A DNA stretch of 64,000 nt from Candidatus Eiseniibacteriota bacterium. GTDB lineage: Bacteria > Eisenbacteria > RBG-16-71-46 > JABDJR01. The position numbers and the translations under genes were made by a program. Location of the stretch: the NCBI GenBank assembly GCA_963762255.1, contig CAVXKA010000002.1:352001-416000 (forward strand), read 5' to 3'. The notes below the pieces were generated by a model, which made no database searches, had not been told where the DNA came from, and was given only the letters and a program-made list of their open reading frames with translations. How positions within the stretch are numbered: the first letter of the stretch is position 1; the number at the start of each line of letters is the position of its first letter. Below, one piece after another: positions 19,421 to 28,356 of the stretch.

Positions 19421-21681
19421 TCCGCCGAGAGGAATCGCTCAAGTACCACTCGCTCGACCGCCCGGGAAAGATCGAGGTGCGGGCCACCAAGCCCTGCCTC
19501 ACTCCGCGCGAGATGCGCCAGGCCTACCTCCCGGGCGCCTCGTACCCGGCCGAGGAGATCCACCGCGATGTCTCCTCTGTCTTCAAGTACACGGCTCGCG
19601 GCAACCTCGTCGGTGTGATCACCAACGGCTCGGCCGTGCCCGGCCTCGGAGCTGTGGGGCCCTATGCGGCCAAGCCGATGCAGGAAGGGATGGCGGTCCT
19701 CTTCAAGCGCCTCGCCGACATCGACGTGTTCGACCTCGAACTCGACACCGCCGACCCCGACCGGTTCATCGAGACGGTGAAGCTCCTCGAGCCGACCTTC
19801 GGCGGGATCAACCTGAAGGACATTCGCGCGCCGGAGGGGCTCTACATCCACGACCGGCTCACGGAACTCCTGGAGATCCCGGTCTTCCACGAGAACCTCT
19901 ACGGGACCGCGGTGGTGGCGGCGGCGGCGCTGCTGAACGCGCTCGATCTGGTGGAGAAGCCGATCGACGCGGTGGACGTCGTGATCTCCGGCGCGGGAAC
20001 GGTCGGCACCGGGTGCGCCCGCCTTCTGGTCGCTCTCGGCGTGCGCCCGGAGCGCCTGCGCGTGTACGACGTGGCCGGGCTGATTCGCCCGGACCGCGGC
20101 GATCTTCACGACTATCAGCGCCCCTTCGCGCGCGAAGACGCACCGCGGGATCTCGCCGAGGGTCTGCGCGGCGCCGACGTGTTTGTGGGCGCCTCCGCCG
20201 GCGGCGTGCTCACTCCCGACATGGTCCGGGGCATGGGGCGCTATCCCATCGTCCTCGCCCTGGCTACCCCCGAGCCGGAGATCACCTACGACGCCGCGCG
20301 CGCCAGCCGCCGCGACGTGGTGGCGGCCACCGCCGTCGCAGGCTCCCCCAACGCGGTGCTGGATGTGCTGAGTTTCCCCTACATCTTCCGCGGGGCTCTT
20401 GACGTGCAGGCCCGCCGCATCACGCAGGGAATGCTGGTGGCGGCGGCGCGCGCGCTGGCCGATCTCGCGCGCGAGGACGTGGTCGAGGAGGTGGAACGCG
20501 CCTACGGAGCCGGCCGGTTCAGCTTCGGCCCGGAGTACCTGCTCCCCAAAGCGATCGACCCGCGCATCCTGGTATGGGAATCCTCCGCCGTGGCCCAGCA
20601 GGCGATCCTGGACGGGGTGGCGAGCCGGCCGACGGCCGCCGAACCGCACCGCGATTCCCTGGCCGCGCGGCTCGGAACCGGCCGTGAGACGCTGCGCAGC
20701 ATGATCCTCGCCGCGCGCCGAAGCAAGCTGCGCGCGGTCTTCTCGGAGGGGACCAACGAAACAATTCTGCGCGCGTGCAGCATCCTCGCCGACGAAGGAA
20801 TCGCGAGCCCGATTCTTCTCGGACGCGAGGACGAGGTGCGGGCGGCCATCGAGGAACTCCGCCTGGATCTCCCCGGCGTGCCGATCATCGACCCCGCCCG
20901 GAGCCCGCGCCTGGAGACGTACACCGAATCCTACTTCGCTCTGCGCGGCCGGCGCGGCGTCATGCGCGCGGCCGCTACGCAGCGCCTGCTCAGGCGCGAG
21001 TACTACGCCGCGATGATGCTCCACTGCGGCGACGCCGACCTCATGGTCTCCGGCGTCTCCGCCCACTATGCGGAATCGCTGCGCACGATCCTCGAGGTGA
21101 TCGGGACCGCGCCCGGCATCCGTCGGGTCTCCGGGCACTACCTCGTGCTGTTGCCCAAACGCATGTTCGTGCTCGCCGATTGCGCGGTCAATATCAACCC
21201 GGACGCCGAGGAGCTCGCCGAGATCGCGCTTCTCGCCGCCGACCTCGCGCGGTCGCTCGGAGAAAAGCCGCGTGTAGCCATGCTTTCCTTCTCGAACTTC
21301 GGGAGCGTGGATCATCCGGTCACGCGCAAGGTGCGCCGCGCCGCGGAGATCGTGAAGCAGCGCGCTCCGGATCTGGAGATCGACGGGGAGATGCAGCTCC
21401 CCATCGCGCTGGACGGGGAGATGCGCCGCCGGTACTTCCCCTTCTCCTCCCTGGGGGACGACGCCAACGTGCTGGTCTTCCCGGGACTCGAGCCGGGGAA
21501 CCTGGCCCTCCACCTGCTGCAACACCTGGGGGGCGCGGTGCCGGTGGGGCCGATCCTCCTCGGCACGCGCTTCCCCGCACACGTGCTGCAGTTCGGCTAC
21601 TCCGTGGAAGAGGTGGTCAACCTCACCACGGTGGCGGCGGTGCAGGCGGCGGCGGGGCGACGCTCTACTGAAGCATCGTGA
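19417..21681 (+). CDS. MaeB-like protein (malic enzyme + PTA domains) with degenerate active site
   Basis: YH....PGKIE, AYLPG, YTARGNLV, EPTFGGINL, FPYIFRGALDV, C-terminal PTA domain (LSFSNFGS, DGEMQ). Catalytic K and metal ligands are substituted. Confidence 0.9.
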   Translation: MIRREESLKYHSLDRPGKIEVRATKPCLTPREMRQAYLPGASYPAEEIHRDVSSVFKYTARGNLVGVITNGSAVPGLGAVGPYAAKPMQEGMAVLFKRLADIDVFDLELDTADPDRFIETVKLLEPTFGGINLKDIRAPEGLYIHDRLTELLEIPVFHENLYGTAVVAAAALLNALDLVEKPIDAVDVVISGAGTVGTGCARLLVALGVRPERLRVYDVAGLIRPDRGDLHDYQRPFAREDAPRDLAEGLRGADVFVGASAGGVLTPDMVRGMGRYPIVLALATPEPEITYDAARASRRDVVAATAVAGSPNAVLDVLSFPYIFRGALDVQARRITQGMLVAAARALADLAREDVVEEVERAYGAGRFSFGPEYLLPKAIDPRILVWESSAVAQQAILDGVASRPTAAEPHRDSLAARLGTGRETLRSMILAARRSKLRAVFSEGTNETILRACSILADEGIASPILLGREDEVRAAIEELRLDLPGVPIIDPARSPRLETYTESYFALRGRRGVMRAAATQRLLRREYYAAMMLHCGDADLMVSGVSAHYAESLRTILEVIGTAPGIRRVSGHYLVLLPKRMFVLADCAVNINPDAEELAEIALLAADLARSLGEKPRVAMLSFSNFGSVDHPVTRKVRRAAEIVKQRAPDLEIDGEMQLPIALDGEMRRRYFPFSSLGDDANVLVFPGLEPGNLALHLLQHLGGAVPVGPILLGTRFPAHVLQFGYSVEEVVNLTTVAAVQAAAGRRSTEAS

Positions 21682-22792
21682 GGAAGACGCCTGCCACCAT
21701 CGCCGTGCCGATCACGCCGGCCACGTTCGGTCCCATGGCGGGCATGAGGGGGTTCACCCGCCCCTCGGTCTCGTCGGACACGAGCTTCTGAACCACCCGC
21801 GCAGCCATGGGCACCGCCGACACCCCGGCGGCGCCGATGCAAGGATTGATCTTCTTCCCCTCGGGCAGCAAGAGGTTCAAGAACTTGCCGAGGAGTACGC
21901 CGCCGGCAGTGCTGAAGATGAACGCCACCGCGCCCAGGAGCAGGATGAGAATCGTCTTCACGGTGAGGAAGTTCGCCGCGTCCATGGTGGCCCCGACTGC
22001 GAGACCGAGGAACATCGTCACGATGTCGATCAACGCAGACCCGGCGGTCTTGCGTAGCCGCTCGGTCACCCCGCACTCCCGCAGGAGATTCCCGAACATG
22101 AGCATGGCCATCAGGGCGGCCGAAGACGGAACCGCCAGCGAGGCCAGCGTCCCGGTGATGATCGGGAAGAGCACCACCGCCACCTTGCTCACTTCCTTCG
22201 GCTGCGGCATGTCGATGCCCCGCTCCCGGCGCGTGGTCAGCAACCGGATCACAGGGGGCTGGATGATCGGAACCAGCGACATGTAGCTGTACGCGGCCAC
22301 GGCGATCGGCCCCAGAAGATGGGGCGCCAGGCGGGTGGCGAGATAGATCGAGGTCGGGCCGTCGGCGCCGCCGATGATGCCGATGCTCGCCCCCTCCTGC
22401 GGCGTGAACCCCAGGAGATACACCGCCCCCATGCCGGCTACGAAGACGCCTAGCTGGGCGGCCGCTCCGAGGAGGAACGTCAGGGGCTGGGCGAGCAGCG
22501 GACGAAAATCGGTCAGCGCCCCGACTCCCAGGAAGATCACGGGGGGGAGCAGATCGGTGAGGATCCCCTGCCGGTAGACGAGGTTGATGATCCCGGTGTC
22601 GTGAGAACCGAGTTCGGCGAGCGGTAAGTTGGCGATGAGGATGCCGAACCCGATCGGGATCAGCAGCAACGGTTCGTAGTCCTTGGCCACGGCCAGATAG
22701 AGCAGCACGCCGGCGACCACGTACATGATCGCGTTGCCAAGGCTCAGGTGAGCGAAGCCCGACTGGGTGACGAGCTGCTGGACGGTCTCCAT
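21665..22792 (-). CDS. oadB: Na+-translocating decarboxylase beta subunit
   Basis: YEPLLLIPIGFG, GAAAQ.G, IGIIGGADGPT, AAYSYM, GVSAVPMAAR, AMGPNVAGVIG. Confidence 0.95.
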   Translation of the reverse strand: METVQQLVTQSGFAHLSLGNAIMYVVAGVLLYLAVAKDYEPLLLIPIGFGILIANLPLAELGSHDTGIINLVYRQGILTDLLPPVIFLGVGALTDFRPLLAQPLTFLLGAAAQLGVFVAGMGAVYLLGFTPQEGASIGIIGGADGPTSIYLATRLAPHLLGPIAVAAYSYMSLVPIIQPPVIRLLTTRRERGIDMPQPKEVSKVAVVLFPIITGTLASLAVPSSAALMAMLMFGNLLRECGVTERLRKTAGSALIDIVTMFLGLAVGATMDAANFLTVKTILILLLGAVAFIFSTAGGVLLGKFLNLLLPEGKKINPCIGAAGVSAVPMAARVVQKLVSDETEGRVNPLMPAMGPNVAGVIGTAMVAGVFLTMLQ

Positions 22793-22804
22793 GAACCCGC
22801 CTCC

Positions 22805-24679
22805 CTAGGAAAGCACCAGGATCGGCTGCGTCGAATCGATCTCTTGACCGACCGCGGCGTTCACCGCCACCACAACGCCGTCGACAGGGGCGCGGATGTC
22901 GTGCTTGGCCTTCATCGCTTCGACCGCGGCCACCGTTTGCCCCTTCTTCACGTGGTCCCCCACCTTCACGGAGACCCCCACCACCTCGACGCGGCCCCCG
23001 AACGGGGAGCGCACCGCCACCGAACCGCCACCCGAAGGTGGCGCACTCGCAGGCGTGCCGGCCGCCGGGGCCGCCGCCGGCGCAGGCGCCGGGACTCCCG
23101 CCCCGAGGCCCATAGTCGCCGCCGGCTCCAGCGTGATCGTGAACACGCGCGCGCGGCCGTTCTCCTCCACCGTGCATCGAGTCTGCGTCGGGCCGGCGAC
23201 CGGCGCGGCGGGCGCCGGCGCTGGCGGCGTCGCCTGACCCTCCGTCCCCTTCTTCTTCAGGGGGACATCGATCTTCGGTTTGCCGGTCAGGAGGCGAATG
23301 CCTTCGTTCATCTCCAGCGGCATCCCCGGCACGATCGCGGAGAGAACCAGGAACACGTTCTCATCGGTGACCGGAAGGCCGCGCTCGGCAAGCGCGCTCC
23401 GAGCGGTCACGATGTGATTGGGGGCCGCCTCGAGGGGATCCCCGTCGAAGGGCGGCAACTCCAGCTCCTCCGACGCCTTTTTCACGACCATCGGGTCGGG
23501 AGGCAGCGGGGTCTTGCCGAAGTAGCCCAGCACGGCGCGCGCGTAGCCGTCCTCGATGCGCTCCCAGCGTCCGTAGAGAACGTTGTTGAACGCCTGGAGC
23601 CAGTATTGCTGGCTGCCCGGCGTGACGCTGGTCCAGGCTCCGCCGGCCTCCACGACCACCGGGAACTCGGCCAGCACCTCGCCGTACTTCTCCAGAATCC
23701 CCGCCTTCACCATCATGTGGACGTTGGGACCGATCGCGCCTCCGGGCATGGGGAAACCGACCACCCGCGCGTCGGCGGTGGTCGTGGCCGGATTGAAGGC
23801 GTAGTCCTTGAGCAGGTCGGTGAGGCACTCTTCGATCGGGTTCATGGATGCCGGGTCGATGTCGAGCGAGTAGCCGGTCCCCTTCAGGGCGTGGGCCATG
23901 GAGCGCACATCCGGCTGAACGGTGCCGCTGGCCAGCGGGCGCACAGAGAGATCGATTCCGTCAGCCCCTCCCTCGATGCCCGCCATATAGCAGGCCACCG
24001 CCATGCTCGCGGTGTCGTGGGTGTGGATCCAGAGCGGCATCTCCGGGGGCATCAGCTTGCGGACCCCCACGGCCGTCTCGTAGACCGTGCGCGGGTCGCA
24101 GGTGCCGCTCGCGTCTTTCAGGCAGAGGCTATCGATGCGCACCCCGCCGGCGAGCAAGCGCCGCGCGATGTCGATGTAGAACCCCGACGTATGGACGCGA
24201 TCCGACACGAAGGGGAGACCCATGAGGGCCACGCACGCCTGGTGGTGCATCCCCGCCTCGACGATCGGTCGCGCGGTGTTGATGAGGTTGCGCACATCGT
24301 TCATGTAGTCGAAGTTGCGGTCCCAGGTGGTCCCGTGCTTCTTCATCAGCTTGGCCTGGAGCCGCAGCGCCTCCAACGACTGCGTGGTGAGGGTGACCCC
24401 CGACACCGATCGCGTGAGGATCTGCAAGTCCGCGTCCGGCCCCACCGCATCGCGGATCGCCTGCATGTCGGCGAAGGGATCCTCCCCGAGATAGAAGTAG
24501 GGTGCCTGGTAGCGGGCGCCGCCTCCGAACTCGAAGTGGCGGATCCCGAGACGGGAGGAGAGCTTCACCGCCTCCAGGAAATCAGCCAACCGGACCTTGC
24601 CGCCGAACGCGCTTTGCAGACCGTCGCGGAAGGCCGTCATCATGACCCGGATCTGCTTGGGCTTCTCGGTGCGGATCAT
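22805..24679 (-). CDS. oadA: Oxaloacetate decarboxylase alpha / PycB-like carboxyltransferase with biotin-carrier domain
   Basis: FRDGLQS, LKDASG, HTHDT, PGG, VTPGSQ, Pro/Ala linkers, biotinylation motif EAMK. Confidence 0.85.
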   Translation of the reverse strand: MIRTEKPKQIRVMMTAFRDGLQSAFGGKVRLADFLEAVKLSSRLGIRHFEFGGGARYQAPYFYLGEDPFADMQAIRDAVGPDADLQILTRSVSGVTLTTQSLEALRLQAKLMKKHGTTWDRNFDYMNDVRNLINTARPIVEAGMHHQACVALMGLPFVSDRVHTSGFYIDIARRLLAGGVRIDSLCLKDASGTCDPRTVYETAVGVRKLMPPEMPLWIHTHDTASMAVACYMAGIEGGADGIDLSVRPLASGTVQPDVRSMAHALKGTGYSLDIDPASMNPIEECLTDLLKDYAFNPATTTADARVVGFPMPGGAIGPNVHMMVKAGILEKYGEVLAEFPVVVEAGGAWTSVTPGSQQYWLQAFNNVLYGRWERIEDGYARAVLGYFGKTPLPPDPMVVKKASEELELPPFDGDPLEAAPNHIVTARSALAERGLPVTDENVFLVLSAIVPGMPLEMNEGIRLLTGKPKIDVPLKKKGTEGQATPPAPAPAAPVAGPTQTRCTVEENGRARVFTITLEPAATMGLGAGVPAPAPAAAPAAGTPASAPPSGGGSVAVRSPFGGRVEVVGVSVKVGDHVKKGQTVAAVEAMKAKHDIRAPVDGVVVAVNAAVGQEIDSTQPILVLS

Positions 24680-24888
24680 CGTTCCTCCTCCACCCTCGTC
24701 ACCTTCGTCCCCGGATAGGCCTGTTGCGCGGCGGCCGTGACTGCCGCCAGTACCGCGCCGTCGCTCGAGTCCGCGCGCACCGGGAAGGCCAGCGCGATGA
24801 GGCGGAACACGACGGCGAGCGCCCCGAGCAGCACGAAGACCGTCACCACCCCCACGAAACAGACGGTCAAGAAGCTGGGTGCATTCAT
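24676..24888 (-). CDS. oadG: Decarboxylase gamma subunit-like (OadG family)
   Basis: 70 aa, one TM helix (GVVTVFVLL), VLAAVTAA motif, ATGA overlap with oadA. Confidence 0.75.
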   Translation of the reverse strand: MNAPSFLTVCFVGVVTVFVLLGALAVVFRLIALAFPVRADSSDGAVLAAVTAAAQQAYPGTKVTRVEEER

Positions 24889-25006
24889 GGCGGCATCATA
24901 CGCGCGTCCGTGATGAATTGAATACCTCTTCGTTGAATTTTCTTGTCGTATACATACCGCTCAATTTTTGCGGAGGACCACATGGTGATCGATGACAAAG
25001 GAGATA

Positions 25007-25969
25007 TCAAACTCCGGATGCCGGCTCCCCGAGCACGACCACCCGTCCGCGCCGAATGGGGGCGGCGATCCCCTCGATCCGCAGCCCCAGGTCCTCGGCG
25101 ATCTCCGTCACCGCTCCGCGGGCCACCTCCTTTCCCCCCGGAACGTCTTCGTAGATAGCGACTTGCCGCCCCAGTACGGTCGACCGGCGCCGGTAGACGG
25201 CGAGTATCTCTCCGAATCCCCCCGCCTGCAGCTCGTCCAGCCGCACGCGCAACGCGCAGATTACTGCACCGAACAGATCCGCCAGGGAGCACGATACTGA
25301 AGGTCCGGCGTAGTCGCGAAGCGCTGCCACGCGAGGCACGAAGATGTCCGGCTCCACCTGGGGGGTGCGTTCCACATCGAGGCCGATGCCCAGGATGGCA
25401 TCCGTGAGCCGTGATCCCTGAGACCGGGTCCGGACGATGACACCCCCCACCTTGGCGCCGTCGAGCATCGCGTCATTGATCCAGCGGATCCCGGCTTTGC
25501 CCTCCAGCCCCGGAACCGCATCGATCGCGTCGAGCAGAGCGACCGCGGGCGCGATGAGCATGCTTGCTCCCCCCTCTCGGGCGGACACGTCGACGCGTGA
25601 GCCGGCCACGAGGTGCAGGTTCCCTGGAACCGCCACCCATCGGCGGCCTTCCCACCCGTGGAATTCGCTCCCGGTTTCCGCGACGGCCAGAAGACGGTCT
25701 CCGGCTTCTCCCGCCTCGAGCAGCGATGCCAGGACGTCGAACTGCGATCGCGCGGCGTGGCCCGCCACGAAGAGACGCTTCCATCCGATCTCTCCGTCGA
25801 TGGTGCCCGTGAACCACTCCGACCCGGAGAGAAGAGCCGTCGCGACCGCGCGATCCTCCGGGGTCAAATCACGGGCGGCGACGCCTCGCCAGGATGCGCG
25901 CCGGCCGATCAAGCGCTCGGCGAACGGGAGCCGATCCGTGCAGATCCACATCGCTTCGACCTTACACAA
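25007..25969 (-). CDS. Biotin-protein ligase (BPL family), divergent
   Basis: G..GRRW..PGNL, RWINDA (cf. KWPND), KVGGVI, GIG, C-terminal SH3-like domain. Adjacent to the biotin-dependent decarboxylase. Start may be 25951. Confidence 0.75.
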   Translation of the reverse strand: MCKVEAMWICTDRLPFAERLIGRRASWRGVAARDLTPEDRAVATALLSGSEWFTGTIDGEIGWKRLFVAGHAARSQFDVLASLLEAGEAGDRLLAVAETGSEFHGWEGRRWVAVPGNLHLVAGSRVDVSAREGGASMLIAPAVALLDAIDAVPGLEGKAGIRWINDAMLDGAKVGGVIVRTRSQGSRLTDAILGIGLDVERTPQVEPDIFVPRVAALRDYAGPSVSCSLADLFGAVICALRVRLDELQAGGFGEILAVYRRRSTVLGRQVAIYEDVPGGKEVARGAVTEIAEDLGLRIEGIAAPIRRGRVVVLGEPASGV

Positions 25970-26019
25970 CCCGCCGCGCCGCGGCTATCCTCTTACCCTT
26001 CGTCGACAAGGAGGATCCG

Positions 26020-27099
26020 ATGCGCACCGCCCGATCGAGAGCGCCTTTCATCGTCGTCACGGCGGCGTGGGTTCTCGCCGCCCTGCTGGTCCGTCCCGCC
26101 GCCGCCCAGAGCGCCCGGGTTTCCTCGGCGCTTCTGGAAGACGAGCGCAACACGATCGAGCTGTTCCGGCGGGTGTCGCCGTCGGTGGCCTTCATCACCA
26201 ACAAGCAGCTTCGCCGCGACGTCTTCAGCCTCAACGTCTTCGAGATCCCGGCGGGAACGGGGTCGGGCTTCGTATGGGACGACCGCGGCCACGTGGTCAC
26301 CAACTTCCACGTGATTCAGGGCGGAAACGCCTTCTCGGTGACGCTGGCCGGCGGCAAGACCTACGAGGCCAAACTCGTGGGCTCGGAGCCCACCAAGGAT
26401 CTCGCGGTACTGCGCATCGACGCGCCCGGCGAGGAACTCGTGCCGATCGAGCCCGGCGACTCGGGTCCCCTGCTCGTCGGCCAGAAGGTCCTGGCGGTCG
26501 GCAATCCCTTCGGCCTCGACCAGACGCTCACCACCGGCATCATCAGCGCGCTCGGCCGCGAGATCCGCTCCGTGGCGGGCAACCTCATCGACAACGTGAT
26601 CCAGACCGACGCGTCGATCAATCCCGGCAACTCGGGGGGGCCCCTCCTTGACTCGGCGGGCCGGCTCATCGGCGTGAACACCGCCATCGTGAGCCCCTCC
26701 GGATCGAGCGCGGGCGTGGGGTTCGCGGTGCCGGTCAACACGGTGAAGCGGATCGTTCCTCAGCTCATCCGCTTCGGCAAGATCAAGCACGCCGGAATCG
26801 CGGTGAACATCCTTCCCGACGATCTCGCCCGCCGCTGGGGTGTGACCGGAGTGATTCTCCGCCAGGTGGAGCCGGGAGGCCCCGCGGACCGGGCGGGCAT
26901 GAAGTCGCTGCAGATGGACCGCTGGGGGCGCGTGTTGTCGTTCGACGTGCTGGTCGGCATCGACGACCGCGAAATTCGGGGGTACGACGACATGTTCTCC
27001 GCCCTCGACGGGCGCGAACCGGGGGAAACCGTGACGCTGCGTTTCCGGCGAGGCAGCGAGGAATTCACCGCAAGCACGAAGCTCAAGGAGCTGGACTAG
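26020..27099 (+). CDS. Deg/HtrA-family serine protease with one PDZ domain
   Basis: GSGF, TNFHV, DLAVL, QTDASINPGNSGGPL. ATG at 26020 with AAGGAGG RBS. Confidence 0.93.
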   Translation: MRTARSRAPFIVVTAAWVLAALLVRPAAAQSARVSSALLEDERNTIELFRRVSPSVAFITNKQLRRDVFSLNVFEIPAGTGSGFVWDDRGHVVTNFHVIQGGNAFSVTLAGGKTYEAKLVGSEPTKDLAVLRIDAPGEELVPIEPGDSGPLLVGQKVLAVGNPFGLDQTLTTGIISALGREIRSVAGNLIDNVIQTDASINPGNSGGPLLDSAGRLIGVNTAIVSPSGSSAGVGFAVPVNTVKRIVPQLIRFGKIKHAGIAVNILPDDLARRWGVTGVILRQVEPGGPADRAGMKSLQMDRWGRVLSFDVLVGIDDREIRGYDDMFSALDGREPGETVTLRFRRGSEEFTASTKLKELD

Positions 27100-27105
27100 A
27101 GGCGG

Positions 27106-28353
27106 CTACTCGTAGCGCAGCGCATCGACCGGGTCGAGCTTGGAGGCGCGCACCGCCGGCCACATGCCGAAGAAGAGCCCCACCCCCACCGACACCGAGA
27201 TCGCAGCGACGTAGGCCCAGATCGGGACATAGGATGGGAGCGGGGTCAGCAGGTCCACCAGCTTGCCGATCAGGAAGCCGAGGACCATTCCCAGGATGCC
27301 GCCGGCGCCGGTGAGCACCACCGCCTCGGCGAGGAACTGCGCCAGGATCTGCCGCCGTGTGGCCCCCAACGCCTTGCGCACCCCGATCTCGCGCGTCCGC
27401 TCGGTGACCGAGACCAGCATGATGTTCATCACCCCGATCCCACCCACCAGCAGCGCCACCGAGGCGATCGCCACCATCACGACGAAGAACGCTCCGGTGA
27501 TCTGCTTGTAGAGCGACACCAGACTCTGCTGGGTCACCACCGAAAAGTCGTTCTCATCCTGCGGGCGAAGCTGCCGCGTGCGGCGGAGCGACTCGGTGAT
27601 CTCCTCGATGGCCGCGTCGAGGCGCTCCGGCTGAACCGGCTTGGCGCTGATGTAGAGTCGCATGCGCGGCGAACCGAAGTACTTCCGCAGCGCTTCCTTG
27701 GGAATGAGGACGACGTTGTCGAGGCTCCCTCCGAGGATCTTGCCCCGCGCCGTCAACACGCCGGTCACCTCGAACTTCTGGTTCCCGATGGTCAAGGACT
27801 GTCCCACCGGATCCACCCCGCCGAAGAGTTCGGTCTCCACCTCGGCCCCCACCATCGCCACCCGCGCGCCGCCGCGGATCTCCGGATCGGTGAAGGGGCG
27901 CCCCGATTCGAGGGACAGGGCATTGACGATGAGGTGATAGGCGTCGATCCCCTCGATCTCGGTCCGCCGGCTCGACTCCACGCCGTACTCGAGCCGTTGG
28001 CTGGTGTAGAAGCTCTCCGAGACGGCCAGCACCGACGGGCAGGTCTCGCGGATCCCTATGGCGTCCTGACTGTCGAACTGACGGCGCTTGCGCAGCGAAT
28101 CCGGAATTTCACCGACGAACACCCCCGGATCGAACCTGCGGATGATGATGGTGTCGGTGCCCAGCGACTCGAGCTGCTTCATCATGGATCGGTTGAGCCC
28201 CTGCACGAGGCTCACCATCCCCACGACCGACGTGATGCCGATGACGATGCCCAGCACCGTGAGCCCGCCCCGAAGCTTGTGCGCGACGAGGCTCTGCAGC
28301 GCCAGCCGCCCGATCTCTCCCTCCATGCCCCGCAGGGGCAATCTGAACCGCAT
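27106..28353 (-). CDS. MacB/FtsX-family ABC permease
   Basis: GGIGVMNIMLVSVTERTREIGVRKALGA, PA.RA..LDP.DALRYE. Confidence 0.93.
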   Translation of the reverse strand: MRFRLPLRGMEGEIGRLALQSLVAHKLRGGLTVLGIVIGITSVVGMVSLVQGLNRSMMKQLESLGTDTIIIRRFDPGVFVGEIPDSLRKRRQFDSQDAIGIRETCPSVLAVSESFYTSQRLEYGVESSRRTEIEGIDAYHLIVNALSLESGRPFTDPEIRGGARVAMVGAEVETELFGGVDPVGQSLTIGNQKFEVTGVLTARGKILGGSLDNVVLIPKEALRKYFGSPRMRLYISAKPVQPERLDAAIEEITESLRRTRQLRPQDENDFSVVTQQSLVSLYKQITGAFFVVMVAIASVALLVGGIGVMNIMLVSVTERTREIGVRKALGATRRQILAQFLAEAVVLTGAGGILGMVLGFLIGKLVDLLTPLPSYVPIWAYVAAISVSVGVGLFFGMWPAVRASKLDPVDALRYE

Positions 28354-28356
28354 GGC

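Noticed and set aside
14498-24718. Long antisense ORFs (14498-16813, 19327-21582, 22748-24718, and similar ones elsewhere)
   Set aside because: Shadow ORFs typical of high-GC codon bias opposite well-supported genes, with no recognisable motifs.
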